Counted from the stretch's first letter, positions 12,674 to 26,900 are shown. The stretch is 64,000 nucleotides of DNA from Octopus vulgaris (GCA_951406725.2 OX597830.1:24924001-24988000), one strand, 5' to 3'. The notes: generated by a model not told the origin, from the letters alone. Program-made: numbers and translations.

Positions 12674-12962
12674 TTAAGGTACCAAACTAATCACTGCACT
12701 TCATCCTTACTTTCCAGAAAGCCAAACCTTCAGAATTTCCTTTCTAGCACCAATGTTTTATCTACAAATACCAACTTATTAAACATTAATTATGTCAAGT
12801 TCACCTATAAACCTAACAATTCACAGAATACTACCTACTCCTTGTTTAAACCAACCAATCTCACCAATTCCAGATGGTCTATAAAAGGCCATGGAAACCA
12901 CCCATTCCTCCTTAAGAAAAAATAAAAAAGCTCAGCCTTGTGCATCAATTCATGTATTATAC

Positions 12963-13113
12963 CAATGGTTCCCAACCTGTGGTCCACAGAGCCCTGGTGG
13001 TTCATGAACTAAATTCAAAATTTCATAAAGATATATATATATATATACGAGTCCCTCGAAAAACTTACTTAAATAAAAGGGGTCCTTAGTAGTGAAAAGG
13101 TTGGGAACCACTG
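12963..13113. mobile_element. hAT-type MITE
   Basis: TIRs caatggttcccaacc / ggttgggaaccactg; degenerate 8-bp TSD tattatac / cattacac. Confidence 0.75.
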
Positions 13114-13324
13114 CATTACACACAATATCAACACTTGGCACATTACACAATATGTACATTAGACATACTAAAACAGACACAACTTATAATACATATATAA
13201 TACATATATAAACATATTATACAACAAAAGGTTATCAGACAATTTCTGATAGTTAAGTTGAAGGTTGAGCCTTTATCAGACTGTTATAAAGGAAGAGGTT
13301 TTTAGTTACAAGAAAATCATATAT

Positions 13325-13358
<34 letters not shown>

Positions 13359-13370
13359 GTGTGAATATAT

Positions 13371-14610
13371 AGTGAAATAAGTTTTAACATGCTGCATAAT
13401 AGTATTTTAGAATGTCTAATGGAATTAAAAATTATTTTTATGCATTTGTGTACATTTAAACTGATTAAATATTTTACAGAATAACAAAATTAAAATTTCT
13501 TTGATAAAAACCCTTTCTAACAAGGAAGTATCCAAAAAGCATTTGAAGTACATAATGCTTTAAGAGTACAAAAAAGGAAACTCTGCAGCCGATGCAACCC
13601 GAAACATACACTCAGTTTATGGGAAAGAATGCTTGAATGAAAGAACTTGCAGAAGATGGTTTGCAAAATTCAGAAGTGGAGATTTCAAACTTGAAGATGA
13701 AGATCAAACAAGATGTCCAGTTGAGTTTGATGATCAGCTCCTTGAGGCATTACTTGAAGAAAAACCTGCATTATCAGTTGAAGAATTGGCAATAAAGCTT
13801 AGTTCAAACCATACAACTGTTCATCATCATCTTCAACAACTAGGAAAGGTTCCTAAATTTGGAAAATGGGTGCCTCATGAATTGTCCGAAAGCAACCACA
13901 AATCCCGAGTTGACATCTGCTCTTCTCTCCATTATTGTGAACTCATTTCACCCTCTTTGGAGAGACTTGCGACTGATGACGAAAAATGGATCTACTATCG
14001 AAATGTTAAACATCATAAACAGTGGCTTGGTAAAAGGGAAAAAGCTCAACCACAATTGAGAAGGGAACTTCATGGGAAAAAGATTCTTCTCTCTATCTGG
14101 TGGGATTGCAAAGGAGTAATTCACTTTGAATTGTGACCACCTAATGCAACAATCAATGCTCAAGTCTACTGTCAGCAATTAGAGTGTTTGAACCAAGCTT
14201 TGAAGAAAAAAAGACCACTTTCGTGAATCGAAAGGAGTGATGTTTCATCAGGACAATGTGCAACCCCACATTGCAAAGATCACATCACAGAAGATTGAAG
14301 AGCTTGGTTAGGAAAAATTCCTCATCCACCTAATTCTTCTGACCTAGCTATTTGTTTCTTAGTTTTACAGAATTATTTGGGGGACATAACTTTTGCAAGC
14401 CAGGAGGAGATCAAAACTGACATTTCAGAGTTCTTTGCTTTGAAACCAAAAGGGTTTTACATTGATGGGATTAAAAAGCATGTAAATAGATGGAAGGAAA
14501 TCATAGATGATCAGGGAAAGTATATTGATGATTAAATTTCAATTAAATATAACATTTGATCACTTGTTTTCTTTATTCGAAATTTGGACAGAACTTATAG
14601 GATGACCTGA
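13371..14610 (+). mobile_element. mariner transposon; inactivated transposase (~13523-14535), left TIR missing
   Basis: Motifs RRWFAKFRSGDF, WVPHEL, TDDEKWIYY, LSIWWDCKGVIHFEL, FHQDN, with stops and frameshifts. Right TIR ...ataggatgacctga|TA. Confidence 0.92.
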
Positions 14611-16181
14611 TATAAGCAGTCATGGTATTGAAATAAGGTGAACATTGCTGAAAAATGTTTGAATCCAACAAAGACAAGGGAAATTATTCCAAATGAAAAA
14701 AAATTTAATGTGTTTATGCACCAGGGTTCCATCAACATTATCATCATCTTTACTTCTGCATCTGCTTTTCCATACAGGCTTGGATTGGATGGAATTTTTT
14801 ATGGCAGCATTCAATAGCTGGATGCCCTTCCTGATGCCAAACCTTTTAGTAACATCTTACAAAATGCTGAGATACGATGTTCTTATACTAAAAGCCTATA
14901 TACACACAGTATTAATTAATTTCGGAGTCCCACTTAATGAAAATTGGAAATATGTAATGTGATGACAGGGAGAGTAGTTGTTAATGTGAATAAATCTAAT
15001 ACAGTGAACATCAAACCCTCTAATAAACATGTCTATAGTTGTCTCCCTTACTTGCAGAAATTATTAAGACAACATTAGTCGTTGACTTTATGCTGTCTTT
15101 TCTTCACCACATAAGTACTTTCAATTAGATAATTAACACCCACTAAATGAAATATGTTAACACCAACATAGCCAATGTCTTTCATACAGATAGCATCGCT
15201 GAATAATTAAGCTTGACAATACTTAATATATTTTCAGTGTGAATAGTTGCTAAGTGAAGATTATTGAATAGTAGAATGGCCATTATTGACTATAAATTCA
15301 TGGTTTATTTCATTGTTAAGCTTCAAGTTATCCCTATGATTTAAAAACATTCCAGCCATGACCATCCTGTCTTTAATTCAGAGTTAGTGCATCTAAGATC
15401 CATTTAGGTGAGCTTGGATTTATCCAAATCAAATACACCATCATCATACTAAGCATTCAGTGGATCAGCTGAACAATAACCTGAGTATATCAATGTCAGG
15501 TTGTCCATAAGAGTGTCTCACTAATGAGTTTTTGTTTAGCTCCAGAAATGTCCACAAAACATATACATCTCTAGTGATCTCAACAGTTGCAAGAAGACAG
15601 CTGCACAGTCTTGGTTTGGTCAGATGCTTTTATTCAGAATCACTCTAAAAATGCATGTTTAAGGTCCTTAGTATAAGACTACATTCTCTAAAGTGTTTTT
15701 TTTTTAAGAATGATAGATCTGATTGCTATTCCTAGCATGGCAACAGGTAAAACAGAATCAGTCTTTTTAGCTTTCCTTCTACACTGGAGTTATTAAAAAC
15801 AGAATAGTCATCTGGATACTTCTTCAGTCACAGTGGTTTCTGTTCTTCAAAACTAGAAATGAAAAGCACACCAGTAATATAAGTGGGATGAAGTCTAAAG
15901 ATCTGAACAGTCACAGTTAAAACATTTCCTTGATGTAATGCTTATCTATTAATACTTATCCAAGAAAGCATAGTCGACTTAACAGACCCGCAACAGAGAT
16001 TTAACTCTTAGTGGTTTGTACATAATTCAACATTAACTTAGTGAATTATAAGAATTGCCAGAGCATCAGATGAATCTCCCAGTGATGTTTAGTTATGGGT
16101 ATTTAGCATTCAGAGTTCCTATTGTACTGAGATCAACTTTGCTTTTCATTCTTCCAGATTCAATGAAATAAAGTACGATTT

Positions 16182-16442
16182 GGGAAAAAGCTCAACCACA
16201 ATTGAGAAGGGAACTTCATGGGAAAAAGGTTCTCTCTATCTGGTGGGATTGCAAAGGAGTAATTCACTTTGAATTGTGACCACCTAATGCAACAATCAAT
16301 GCTCAAGTCTACTGTCAGCAATTAGAGTGTTTGAACCAAGCTTTGAAGAAAAAAAGACCACTTTCGTGAATCGAAAGGAGTGATGTTTCATCAGGACAAT
16401 GTGCGACCCCCACACTGCAAAGATCACATCACAGAAGATCGA
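16182..16442 (+). repeat. near-identical copy of the internal mariner segment 14036-14298
   Basis: Shares the TGA stop (gaattgtgaccac) and the downstream frameshift with the nearby copy. Confidence 0.85.
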
Positions 16443-16449
16443 TTTGTAT

Positions 16450-16707
16450 AAGACTGGTGCCATGTAAAAAGCACTTGTGCTTGTGGCACATAATAGCACT
16501 GGTGCTGGTGCCATGTAATAGCATGGTGCAATGTAAAAAGCACCTAGTACACTTTGTAAAGTGGTTGGCATTAGGAATGGTATCCAGCCATTGAGACTAT
16601 GCCAAATCAGACAACTGGAGTCTGGTGCAGCTCTCCAACTGGCCAGCTCCCATCAAACTATTAAATCCACATCAACATGGAAAACGGATGTTAAATGATG
16701 ATGATGA
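16450..16707 (+). mobile_element. RTE-tail short retroposon (representative copy)
   Basis: ggtgccatgtaaaaagcac repeats, then gtggttggcattaggaa...tccagcc and an (ATG)n tail, homologous to the RTE 3' end at 29900-30089. Other fragments at ~2120, 6510, 7460, 7640, 14740, 20890, 22330, 27100, 61060. Confidence 0.75.
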
Positions 16708-17679
16708 TTCTAAATGTGAATGTACAGGAATCCCCTTATATTACAAGTGTTTCTGAAAAATCTTGCCATAATGCGGAAGCTTAACACAAAACTTATTTTT
16801 CCCATTGATGTCTTTTTTATGTAATGTGGAGGATGGCTATAGATATAAAAGAGAAAAAAAGGACATTCATCCTGTCAGACTGGTACAATTCATAAATTAA
16901 TTAAAGAAGGTAAAAATGCCAGAGTGAAACTGATAATAAAAGATAACAACTGAGTGAATAATAATGGGCATGGCTAAAGTCTGTTGATATTCAGTGCTGG
17001 GAAATATAATTAGCTTTATACAAGTTTGAGAAGTCAGCAAGAACACTGGAACTTCTGGCTCCAACAAAATTAAATCCCTTGTGAAAGAATGTCAAAAGAG
17101 TAATCTTCTAACTAATAAAATATATCAGAAATGTAGAAATATATATTTCTTAATGAAAATGAAATGAAAACCACAAAAGTTAGACGAAAACACAATTACA
17201 TAAATAACATATAAAGTTGAAGATGGGTGTATTTAGAACAATTTCCTTTTGACATTTTACAGACATATTAAGATGTTTTGTTGATAAGTGCCATCAATAG
17301 AGATACTTCTTTTTGTCTTCTCTCATGAAAAAAATAAAAGGAGAATGTTTGATGTAAAGCTTACATTTATTAATGTTCCCAACAGAAAAATAATCATCTT
17401 TCCTCTCAGACATGAGCCTTAAAGTTATCCTATATACAATGGCCTAAACAAATTATAAAATTCTTAATCATTTGTCTAAACACAGCCCACTTTGTTTATA
17501 GAGACTTTCAACAAAATTGAGAGCCAGTCTCTCATGTTTCAGTCTCAACTATAGAACAGTATCAAAAAGAATATAAAGAAAGATTTATTAGTTTCATTGA
17601 AATACATTGGAGGATTTGAAGCTATCAAAATATTTTAAACATATTAATATCTTGCCGTCTTCATTTCAGATATTGCTAA

Positions 17680-18227
17680 TAATGGTTTCAAATTTTGGCA
17701 CAAGGCCACCAATGTTAAGGAGTGTGGTTGGTTGACTACATCAACCCCAGTGCTTAACTGGTATTCATTCTTTCAGCCTGAAGGACCTTGATGACATTTG
17801 ATCTCAGAACATAAAGAGCAGGAAGAATTTTGTCTGATGCAATAAAGATTTTGCCAATAACAAAAGTAAAATTCTGGCACAAAGCCAGCAGATTTAATGG
17901 GTATGGGTAAGTTGATTAAACTGATACTTAATTAATCAATCCCAAAAGGATGAAAGGCATAGTCAACCTTGGAAGTTTTTCAACTCAGAATAATAATAAT
18001 TACAATAATAATCCTTTCTACTGGAAGCACTAGGCATAAAAATTTGGTGGGAGGGAACTAATCAATTTCATCAACTCCAGTTTTTTACTGGTACTTAATT
18101 TATAGACCCCAAAAGGATGAAAGGCAAAGTGAACCACAGCGGAATTTGGACTCAGAAGGTAAAGCCAGATAAAAAATGCCACTAAGCATTTTGCCCGGTG
18201 TGCTAATGATCCTGCCAGCTCACTGCC

Positions 18228-18269
<42 letters not shown>

Positions 18270-18480
18270 GTTTCAAATTTTGCCATAAAGGCAGCAATTT
18301 GGGGGAGGGGGATGAGTCAGTTACATTGAACCCAGTGCTCAACTGGTGCTTAATTTATCAACCCTGGAAGGATGAAAGGCAAAGTCAACCTTGGTAGAAT
18401 TTGAACTCAGAATGTAGTGACAGGTGAAATACCGCTAAGCATTTTGCCTGGCATGCTAATGATTCTGTCAGCTTACTGCT
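17680..18480 (-). mobile_element. cluster of four tRNA-derived SINE family B copies (Deu/Nin-domain-like) separated by (AAT)n
   Basis: Reverse complements of gagttcaaattccgccgaggtcgactttgcctttcatcctttcggggtcgataaa...agtacc, strongly CpG-decayed. Confidence 0.8.
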
Positions 18481-18492
18481 TTAATAATAGTA

Positions 18493-18528
<36 letters not shown>

Positions 18529-18616
18529 GTAATGATAATAACTAATAATAATAACTAATAAAAATAATAACTAATGATAATAATAACTAATGATAATAAT
18601 AACTAATGATAATGAT

Positions 18617-18920
18617 AAGGCTGAGTTTAAAAAATGTTACTGAAGCAATAAATGCAAGAGCAGTACCTTTAATCAGATTTGGAGTTGGACCAAAAATGAC
18701 ATGTGAAAACTTGACAGAAAAGCTAGAAAGCTATTGGCTATGTATGGAGCCTGCCATCTGAAAGCTGATATCAAGTGGCTGTACTTGAAGTGAGACCAGT
18801 GTGGAAGAGGCTTAATTGCTGTGGAAGAATGTGTACAGATTCTTCTAAAAATGGAAGAAATTCAAATAATAGTGCTCATGGGAACTGCCCATATCCTATG
18901 TAAAATATTGTCTATGTAAT
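18617..18920 (+). mobile_element. degenerate Dong/R4-like non-LTR retrotransposon fragment
   Basis: AINARAVPLIRFG ... LYLK ... GRGLIAVEEC; follows an (AAT)n tract. Confidence 0.6.
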
Positions 18921-19029
18921 CCCCAAAATATTTAAATCTGTAATGTATCAAATACTTTTAAATACTCTGTGGCTGTCATAGTAATATCATCAACTACTAC
19001 AACAAAATGATATGCACTTGAGAGAAAGA

Positions 19030-20300
19030 AAATTACAGAGGTATTATATTGTTGGATTGGTTAATGAAAGGCACAGAAAGAGGTATAGCCTAATTGATTA
19101 GGGTGAGAATTAGTTTGGAAGAGATGCAGTTTGATTTTGTGGCAGGAAGAAGTACTATCAGTATCATCTTCCTAGTGAGGCAACTGCTGGAAAAGTACTT
19201 AGGAGTACGTTACTATAACTACCATTCATAGACTTACACAAGGCCTTAGACAATATTCTACACTCTGATCTGAGTCACTGAGAAAGAGGTAAATGAATGG
19301 TTTGTGAGGACTGTAAAGACCATGAATTTGGATGCTGTATATGAACTTCACATCAGGATGGGAATCAGCAATCATCATCATCATCATCGTTTAGCGTCCG
19401 CTTTCCATGCTAGCATGGGTTGGACGGTTCAACTGGGGTCTGGGAAGCCAGAAGGCTGTACCAGGCCCAGTCTGATCTGGCAATGTTTCTACGGCTGGAT
19501 GCCCTTCCTAACGCCAACCACTCCGTGCATGTAGTGGGTGCTTTTTACGTGCCACCAGCACAGGTGCCAGACGAGGCTGGCAAACGGCCACGATCGGATG
19601 GTGCTTTTTACGTGCCACCGGCACGAGGGCCAGGCAAGGCTCGTAACAGCTACGAACAGGTGGTGCTTTTTACGTGCCGCCAGCACGAGGCCAGTCGGGG
19701 CGGCGCTGGCAATGGCCACATTCGGATGGTTCTCTTATGTGCCACTGGCACTGGTATCACGGCTGCAAATTCCATTGATGTTGATCAATTTTGATTTTGA
19801 TTTCAATTCTCACTTGCCTCAACAGGTCTTCACAAGTAGAGTTTTGTGTCCCAAGAAGGAAAGGTATGCATAAGTGGACTGGCAATGAGTACAGTAATGG
19901 ATATAGAGGTCTGTCAGGGCTCAGTTTTCAGTCCTTTTTTATTTATCATAATTTTGTTGGCCATAACAGATGTTGTGGATACTCCAGTAGGCTGCTGTAG
20001 ATCTTATAACCAAATCAGCAGCAGAATTAGGGAAGAAATCCAAAGCATAAAAGCAAAATCTATAATTGAGAGACTGCAGAGTAAACTTGGTAAAAGGCTA
20101 AAGTATTGATAAGTAGGAAAAAGGACAGGATCTTGATACTATTAGGGAAATGGCCTTGCTTAATACACAGAACAGAAAATAGATAAGAATTCTATATGGT
20201 GAATCCAGATAATGAAAATACACAGATGTGTTGGAATCAAAGGCAGATTTAGATAAAATAGACTTATATGTGGTGTTATAACAAAAGGTCAGGGCACCAC
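19030..20300 (+). mobile_element. old RTE LINE reverse-transcriptase remnant, interrupted at 19371-19883
   Basis: EMQFDFVAGRSTISIIFLVRQLLEKYL, FIDLHKALD, QGSVFSPFLFIIIL. Confidence 0.8.
19371..19883 (-). mobile_element. young RTE 3' UTR insertion with four tandem units
   Basis: Reverse complement of 29384-30089 with fewer units; (CAT)n tail; possible short TSD gcaat. Confidence 0.85.
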
Positions 20301-20503
20301 ATCTCATCATACTCTTCATTTTGGCTTTGTTTCTATAGCTGGATGTCCAGTTTAACAGCAACCATTTTCAGAATGTACTGGTTGCATTTTATCATGACAC
20401 CAGAAATAGAGAACATGTCAAATCAAAGACAATATGATTCATATACACATACAGAAATACACACACACACATTTTATATATATATATACACACACACACA
20501 ACA

Positions 20504-20663
20504 TGGTACTGAAAAGTTGCTGGCTTTCAGTAAAAGAAAATACAGGCAGATCAGTTAATTATAATTTTATTCAACATATTCTCCTCTCAGATTCACACGC
20601 ATTTTTCTCAGCTCTGCAAAAGAACTCGGAACTTAGAAGCCAGGAACTTTCCAGTACCCCTCA
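20504..20663 (-). mobile_element. mariner-derived MITE
   Basis: TIRs ggtactgaaaagttgctggct / agccaggaactttccagtacccctca|TA. Confidence 0.75.
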
Positions 20664-21403
20664 TATATATGCATATATACATATATATGTATGTATGTAT
20701 CCCTCAAAAGGTGAAAAGCAAAGTACATCTCGGTGTCATTTGAACCCAGAATATAAAGCTGGAAGACTTGTCCAGCAACTTGTTAAGCAACTTGTCCAGC
20801 ATGCTAACAATTCTGCCAGCTTGCCACCTCAATAGTAATAATAATGATGATGGTAATGCTTTATAGGCCCAACATATGAAATTTTGTTATATGCTGGCAT
20901 AGGTTAGACAATTTGACACAACCTGATGTGTCCAAAGACTGCATCATACTCTAGTATCTGCTTTGGCATGGTTCATACAGCTGATTATCCTTCCAAATAC
21001 AAACCACTTTAAAGCATGTACCAAGTGCATTTTTTTTTTTTTGTGCCATGACCCCTAGGGAAGTAGCAGACTGCACTGGCAACTTCAATGCTGTTGGTGG
21101 CACAAATATTTGTGTGTATGTGTGAATCTGGTCTTTTTTAACTTGTTTCAGTCATTAGACTGTGGCCATGCTGGAGCACTACATTCAACACAGGTTGTCA
21201 AGCAATATTAAGGACAAAGACACACACACACATATATATATATATATATGTGTGTGACAAGCTTCTTTCAGTTTCCATGGGCCAAATACACTCAAGGCTA
21301 TAGGAGATGCTCGTTGAAGATGCCACACAGTGTGACCAAACCTAGAACCACATAGTTGTGAAGCAAGCTTCTTACCACACAGCCACGCCTGCACCTATAT
21401 ATT

Positions 21404-21437
<34 letters not shown>

Positions 21438-21503
21438 TGGTACAAAACTTTTGATGAAGGTACACGACTTCAAAGCTCAAAACTTTTCATCCCCTCTTCC
21501 CCC

Positions 21504-21546
<43 letters not shown>

Positions 21547-22935
21547 TATATATTATTTTCTTAGTGTTGGCTCTTTAGTAAAGAAATTCTTTGAAGGTAT
21601 TGTTTCTAAATACATTTATCTAAATCAAATTTAATTAGTCACTGTCTCTTGAATATTCTATTACAGAATAAAGTGAATAGTTGTTTTCTTCTGATAACAA
21701 AGATTGCTCTTGGCAGTGTAAACTTGGTAATTTACTCAACTTGATTTGAATTGACAAAGTAACAAATTCTGTTAAAATAAAAGCGCCCTTCCCACTATAA
21801 GTTAAATATTGCTATATATCATTTGTTCCTTCACAATCCCCACCTCCACATTTGTCAGTTAAATGTCTTCCAGACGGCATCACTTTAGAATTTGCATTAG
21901 TAATACTTTATATAGTGACTTATGACATTTTATTTTGTTTTATTAAATATACAGTGTGTAAATATATGTATAACAGAAATCTTGCTGTTACAAGTCCATG
22001 AAGAAATCTCATGTGGTCATTCAATGTGTTAGAAATAATAACCAAATCTTGCTCATATCACATTCTACTATCTTAAGGACACATTTTATAAAGAAAGAAA
22101 AGAGAACAGAATGGAATATCTTTGACCACAGTATCACAGTGCTGCTGGATCAATGTGGACTGGGGCTAAACAACATATCATTAATTGTGTGTGTGCGTGT
22201 GTGTGTGTGTGAGAATGCATGTTTGTGCATGTGTGCTAGTATATTTGGACACACACATTTGTGTGTGTGCCTGTGTATGTCGTATGTCCTTGTCATGACA
22301 TCTTGACATCACATGATATTTGTAGATGAGTGTCACTATTAAACAAGTAGTGATGTTTGTTTCTAATTTTCAATAAAAACATGTCCCATCCTGAGGAAAT
22401 ATCTTGCTTGGAAACAAGTGAGGGTAGGTAACAGGAAAGGTATCCAGCTGTAGAAAATCTGTTGCAACAAATTCCATCTGATCCAATCCATGCACTCATA
22501 CACATGGAAAAGCAGACATTACAAGGACACAATGATGGGACATAAAGGAACAAAATGCACAAATTTACTGCTGTAATATCAATTAATGGGTTTCAAAATT
22601 CCAAAATAATATAAGAACCTTTATTGGTCACTGCTTCAGTGGATATGATTCAACAGGATAGTCTCATGGGCTTCTATCACTGAAATGCTGCCACACTAGA
22701 GCACCAATCTGAATGGTTTTTGTCAATCATGTCATCCACAGAACTTATTTTCAAGTCTGGTGCTTATCAATTTCTTATATTCAAACTCCTAAGTTATTGA
22801 AGAAAAACAGAGCTAATTTTCAAATAATGTCAACGTAAAGATATTCATAGAGATAGACACTTACAGGCCGACACTGCACACAAACATGCAAGGCACATAT
22901 ACAAAACACACTTACATATATACAGTACACATATA

Positions 22936-23149
22936 TGAGGGGGTGCTGAAAAGATTTTAGCTTTAAGGGCATCACAAAAGGACTGGTTGGCAGCCCAACT
23001 TTCCGAGGTCTACAGGGCTTAGAAAAACTGAAGGACAACTGCAATAAAAGTGTGAATCTGAGAGAGGAATATGTTCAATAACATTATAATTAAGTGATCC
23101 TCCTGTATTTTCTTTTACTCAAAGCCAGGAACTTTGCAGCACTCATTTG
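22936..23149 (+). mobile_element. mariner-derived MITE with both TIRs
   Basis: TA|tgagggggtgctgaaaag ... aaagccaggaactttgcagcactcatttg|TA. Confidence 0.8.
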
Positions 23150-24000
23150 TACATACATTATTGGTGCACTTGGCTTTGTTGCAAAATGTTTAGTTTTAAT
23201 CTAGAAAATATATTTCTGTAAGCCAAACTAAAATTGGTCCAGGAGGAAAAACACTTACAAAGAAAAAGGGATCAACTCAAAAAAGAAGTAATGCCTGATA
23301 TTGTCTTTTCAGACTCCATGTCTGTTTTGTTTTTTTATTAATTTTTTCAGAGTAAATTTAAAATAATTAAGTTTAATTGAAAAAATCTCAATGAGATGAA
23401 TTTAATAATGATAACCATTTAAAAATTGGTAGAATAGAAAAATATTTATGAAGCAAAAAAAGAGAGGAAATCTGAAGGTGATCAGGGTAGTCAGGCATTT
23501 TTCCTGCTTGTAATATGCCTGTATGTAGATGCATATATCCAGCTCCTCTGAGCTACATCTTAGGACTGCCATACCACATCGTTAACAATCTCTCATATCT
23601 GCTAGCATTCTCAATACTTTCCCATATCTGCCATCTACAGCCCCTCACCTTTTCCACCACTCCTACTTGCTATAGCCACCCCTATGTAGCTCTGATCTCA
23701 GTTTCTGTCACTGTACATCTCACTCACCATGCTGCAATAATCTCCCTATTTTGGGATCTATGTTACCACCACTCCTGAAATGCCACTTATAACTGCCTCC
23801 TTCCTGATCCACCCCTAAATCCTTCACCATCCCCACCCCATACTGACATTTCCCAAGACCTTTCTGTGGCCAGATGGCTTTCCTGTCACCATCCCTCACC
23901 TATTTCCAAGTAAGAGAATGTTTTCTATAGGCAGACATTTTTCCTAGAAGATTGGAAACAAAATACATTATCACCCATATATATAAATATATATATATTA

Positions 24001-24259
24001 TTTTAATCTAGAAAATCTGTTTCTGTAAACCAAGCTAAAATTGGTCTCTAAACTTCATCTCATTGAGATCTTTTCAATTAAGCTTAGTTATATTTAATTT
24101 TCTCTGAAAAAAAAATGAATAAAAAAACAAAACAGACATGGAGTCTGAAAAGACAATATCAGGCATTACTTCTTTTTTGAATTGATCCCTTTTTGCCTTG
24201 TGTTTTCCTCCTGGACCAATTTTAACTTGGTTTACAGAAATAGATTTTCTAGATTAAAA
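24001..24259. repeat. locally templated insertion with 46-bp inverted ends
   Basis: 24001-24046 is a direct copy of 23194-23239; 24049-24259 is an inverted copy of 23194-23404. TA-rich flanks. Confidence 0.88.
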
Positions 24260-24265
24260 TATATA

Positions 24266-25156
24266 GAGTGTGATGGGTAAATTGTCACCACATTATATTT
24301 TTAATGTCATGCATGTGCATTTTTTTGTTTTTGATTTTTCTTTTTAGCACAATGTATAGTAGGGTCACTTGGGCACTGTCTGTGAGAAAAACAGCACCAT
24401 GACACAATTCACTCTGCCAGAAATTTGGAAACAGCATGCTGTACTACTTGACTTTCATGCTGGAAGCTCCAATACAAACAGATGGTGAACACACAGGACA
24501 ACCATTGGCTTGTCATGTCCCCAAAACATGTACCAAAAGTGATAGAAATCAAACATCCAGTCAACATCAAACATCCAGTCAACATCAAACATCCAGTCAA
24601 CTTGAAATGTTATGCCTCCATTCATCTTCTGACACAGCTTCATATTCAACATGGAGGCCTACATCAAGTGCCTGGAGAAGATAGTGCTACCCTGGGTCAA
24701 GACGGTAGCTGCTGGAAGACCCTATGTCTGACAACAGTACTCTGCACCATGCCACACATGCAGAAAAACCCACTCATGGCTGTCAGACAATTTCTATAAC
24801 CACATCACTCCTAACATCTGGCCACCTAACTCCCTAGACTGCAACCCCATTGATTATTATGTGTGGGGCGCAGTTGTGTGAGAGGCCAACAAAACTCCTT
24901 ATAACACCAATGATGAACTGAAGGCAAGGGTTATGGCAGCATTCATCAACTTAAACAAGGAAACCAAAAGAGTAGCAGGAGATTCCAAAGTCGTCTGGAA
25001 GCCATGGTTGAAGCCAATGGTGATTTTATTGAATAAATTTACTCTTTAGTATTTCAAGATATTTTTATGTAATTTTGGTAAATATATCTGTTAAAATGAG
25101 ATATCAGTTATTTTCATTTTTGCGTAATTTAGACAACAATTTATTCACTGCACCGT
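24266..25156 (+). mobile_element. internally deleted Tc1/mariner element, maT (DD37D)-like
   Basis: WPPNSLDCNPIDYYVWGAV...ELKARVMAAF...RLEAMVEANGDFIE*; degenerate TIRs; internal 18-bp x3 tandem at ~24549-24601. Confidence 0.8.
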
Positions 25157-25157
25157 T

Positions 25158-25225
<68 letters not shown>

Positions 25226-25329
25226 ACCAGCCTGTTCTAATTACCCTCTACGAAATTCAGCCCACAGTTATAATGCAAGAAACATGTTTAAGGTCTTGTG
25301 CAGTGGAACTGATATGCTTTGGGCCCTCA

Positions 25330-25790
25330 TATGAGATTCAAGAAAGATTTAAAGATCTCCAGGAGGAACATTCTTGGTAGTCAGGTGTTGTCAAGATAGC
25401 CAAATTTGTCAAGTAATTACAAGATATGAACATTAATAACCTCTGGGGATCAATGAGAGCCATTGTCAAACAGCTGAAGGTGACAAAGTCCATTGTCAAA
25501 TGTGATATAAGTCATCAGTCCTACATGATGATGGGAATTAATTCATGTCCAACAACATCATGCGATCAACAACATGTAGCTTCCTAACTCTCTTGATTTG
25601 AATTCCTTGAACTGCTGTATCTGGACCATTATCAAAAGGTAACTGGTTGACAGCCCCATAGTACTAAGAGTTAAGGGCTACCACCAAGGCAATGGTAGGT
25701 GTCATGAATGGGGTCACCCAATCCTGGTATGAAGTCACTTCCATAGTCTCATTAGCGTTATTATTGAAACAAAGGCCAGTTTTATTGAGT
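25330..25790 (+). mobile_element. highly decayed Tc1/maT-like remnant
   Basis: SMRAIVKQLKV and PNSLDLNSLNCCIW-like motifs. Confidence 0.5.
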
Positions 25791-26751
25791 TGCTCCTGTC
25801 TTCGATGTATTTAGTTCAATGTGTATGTACCGTTTTCTTGAGATGTTGTTTGTTTGTATGTTTAGTGTTCATTTTCCTTCGTTTTTTTTATTTTGTGTTT
25901 TTGGTTTCTCAGTTGCTGGTACACCCAGCCTAAATACACACATGCACACAGAGAATGATGGAGAAAACACATACGTGCACACCCACAACTTGCTGGAGCA
26001 AGAACACAACGTCTTTGTTTTTTGTTATTTTAATAACAGATGTAAATAAATAAATCCTCGCAATTGTTACACAATGGAAAACCAAAGATAAACCAGATAA
26101 AACACAGCAACTAAACACATAAACATGCACGAATATACTCATACATTCACAAACAGACACCACTAAGGGTATATAAGATGTTTATTTAAAATACATATGC
26201 ACCTAAATTCAACACAATTATATAAACATACACACACACTAAGACTAGCCATAAGCTCAGTACATTCCACAGAAATCATTGTTTTAAATACCCATATCCT
26301 AAATGCTTAGGGTTGAAGAATTCTTTGAAGTCTGTAAATCTGCTGCCATTCCATTGTCTTTATAATTATAATGTATCACCACCATTATAAATTTGCATTC
26401 ATTTTCTTTTTCATGCTGGTATGAGTTATAAACATCATCATCCACGATGGACATAATTTGATTAGAATTTCCAATATAAATTTAATCAATGTTGTTATGT
26501 CCTTAAAAATCAGGTGTTTTAATATAAAAGATTTCAATGTATACTTAATGTAAATAGCTGTATCTGTCACAATATGCTGAAAGAAATTTGTTATCTGTGC
26601 AAATTTCTGGTGATATCATTTCTTGTTCATATATATACACACACACACACAGGCACGCATGCATACACATTCACATCCATATATGGAATATTTAATAGGC
26701 AATGCTTACATAAATTATCAGGCTTCTTTTTGAATGTGTATGTGTTCGGAC

Positions 26752-26786
26752 AGAGAGAGAGAGAGAGAAAGAAGAGAGAGAGAGAA

Positions 26787-26832
<46 letters not shown>

Positions 26833-26847
26833 AGAGAGAGAGAAAGA

Positions 26848-26900
<53 letters not shown>

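Noticed and set aside
13232-13285. Minus-strand CTGATAA...GAAA ttg TC hammerhead-like motif
   Set aside because: Core mismatch and no convincing stems.
13633-14136. SETMAR-like domesticated transposase gene
   Set aside because: Stops, frameshifts, a retained TIR and no SET domain indicate a dead mariner.
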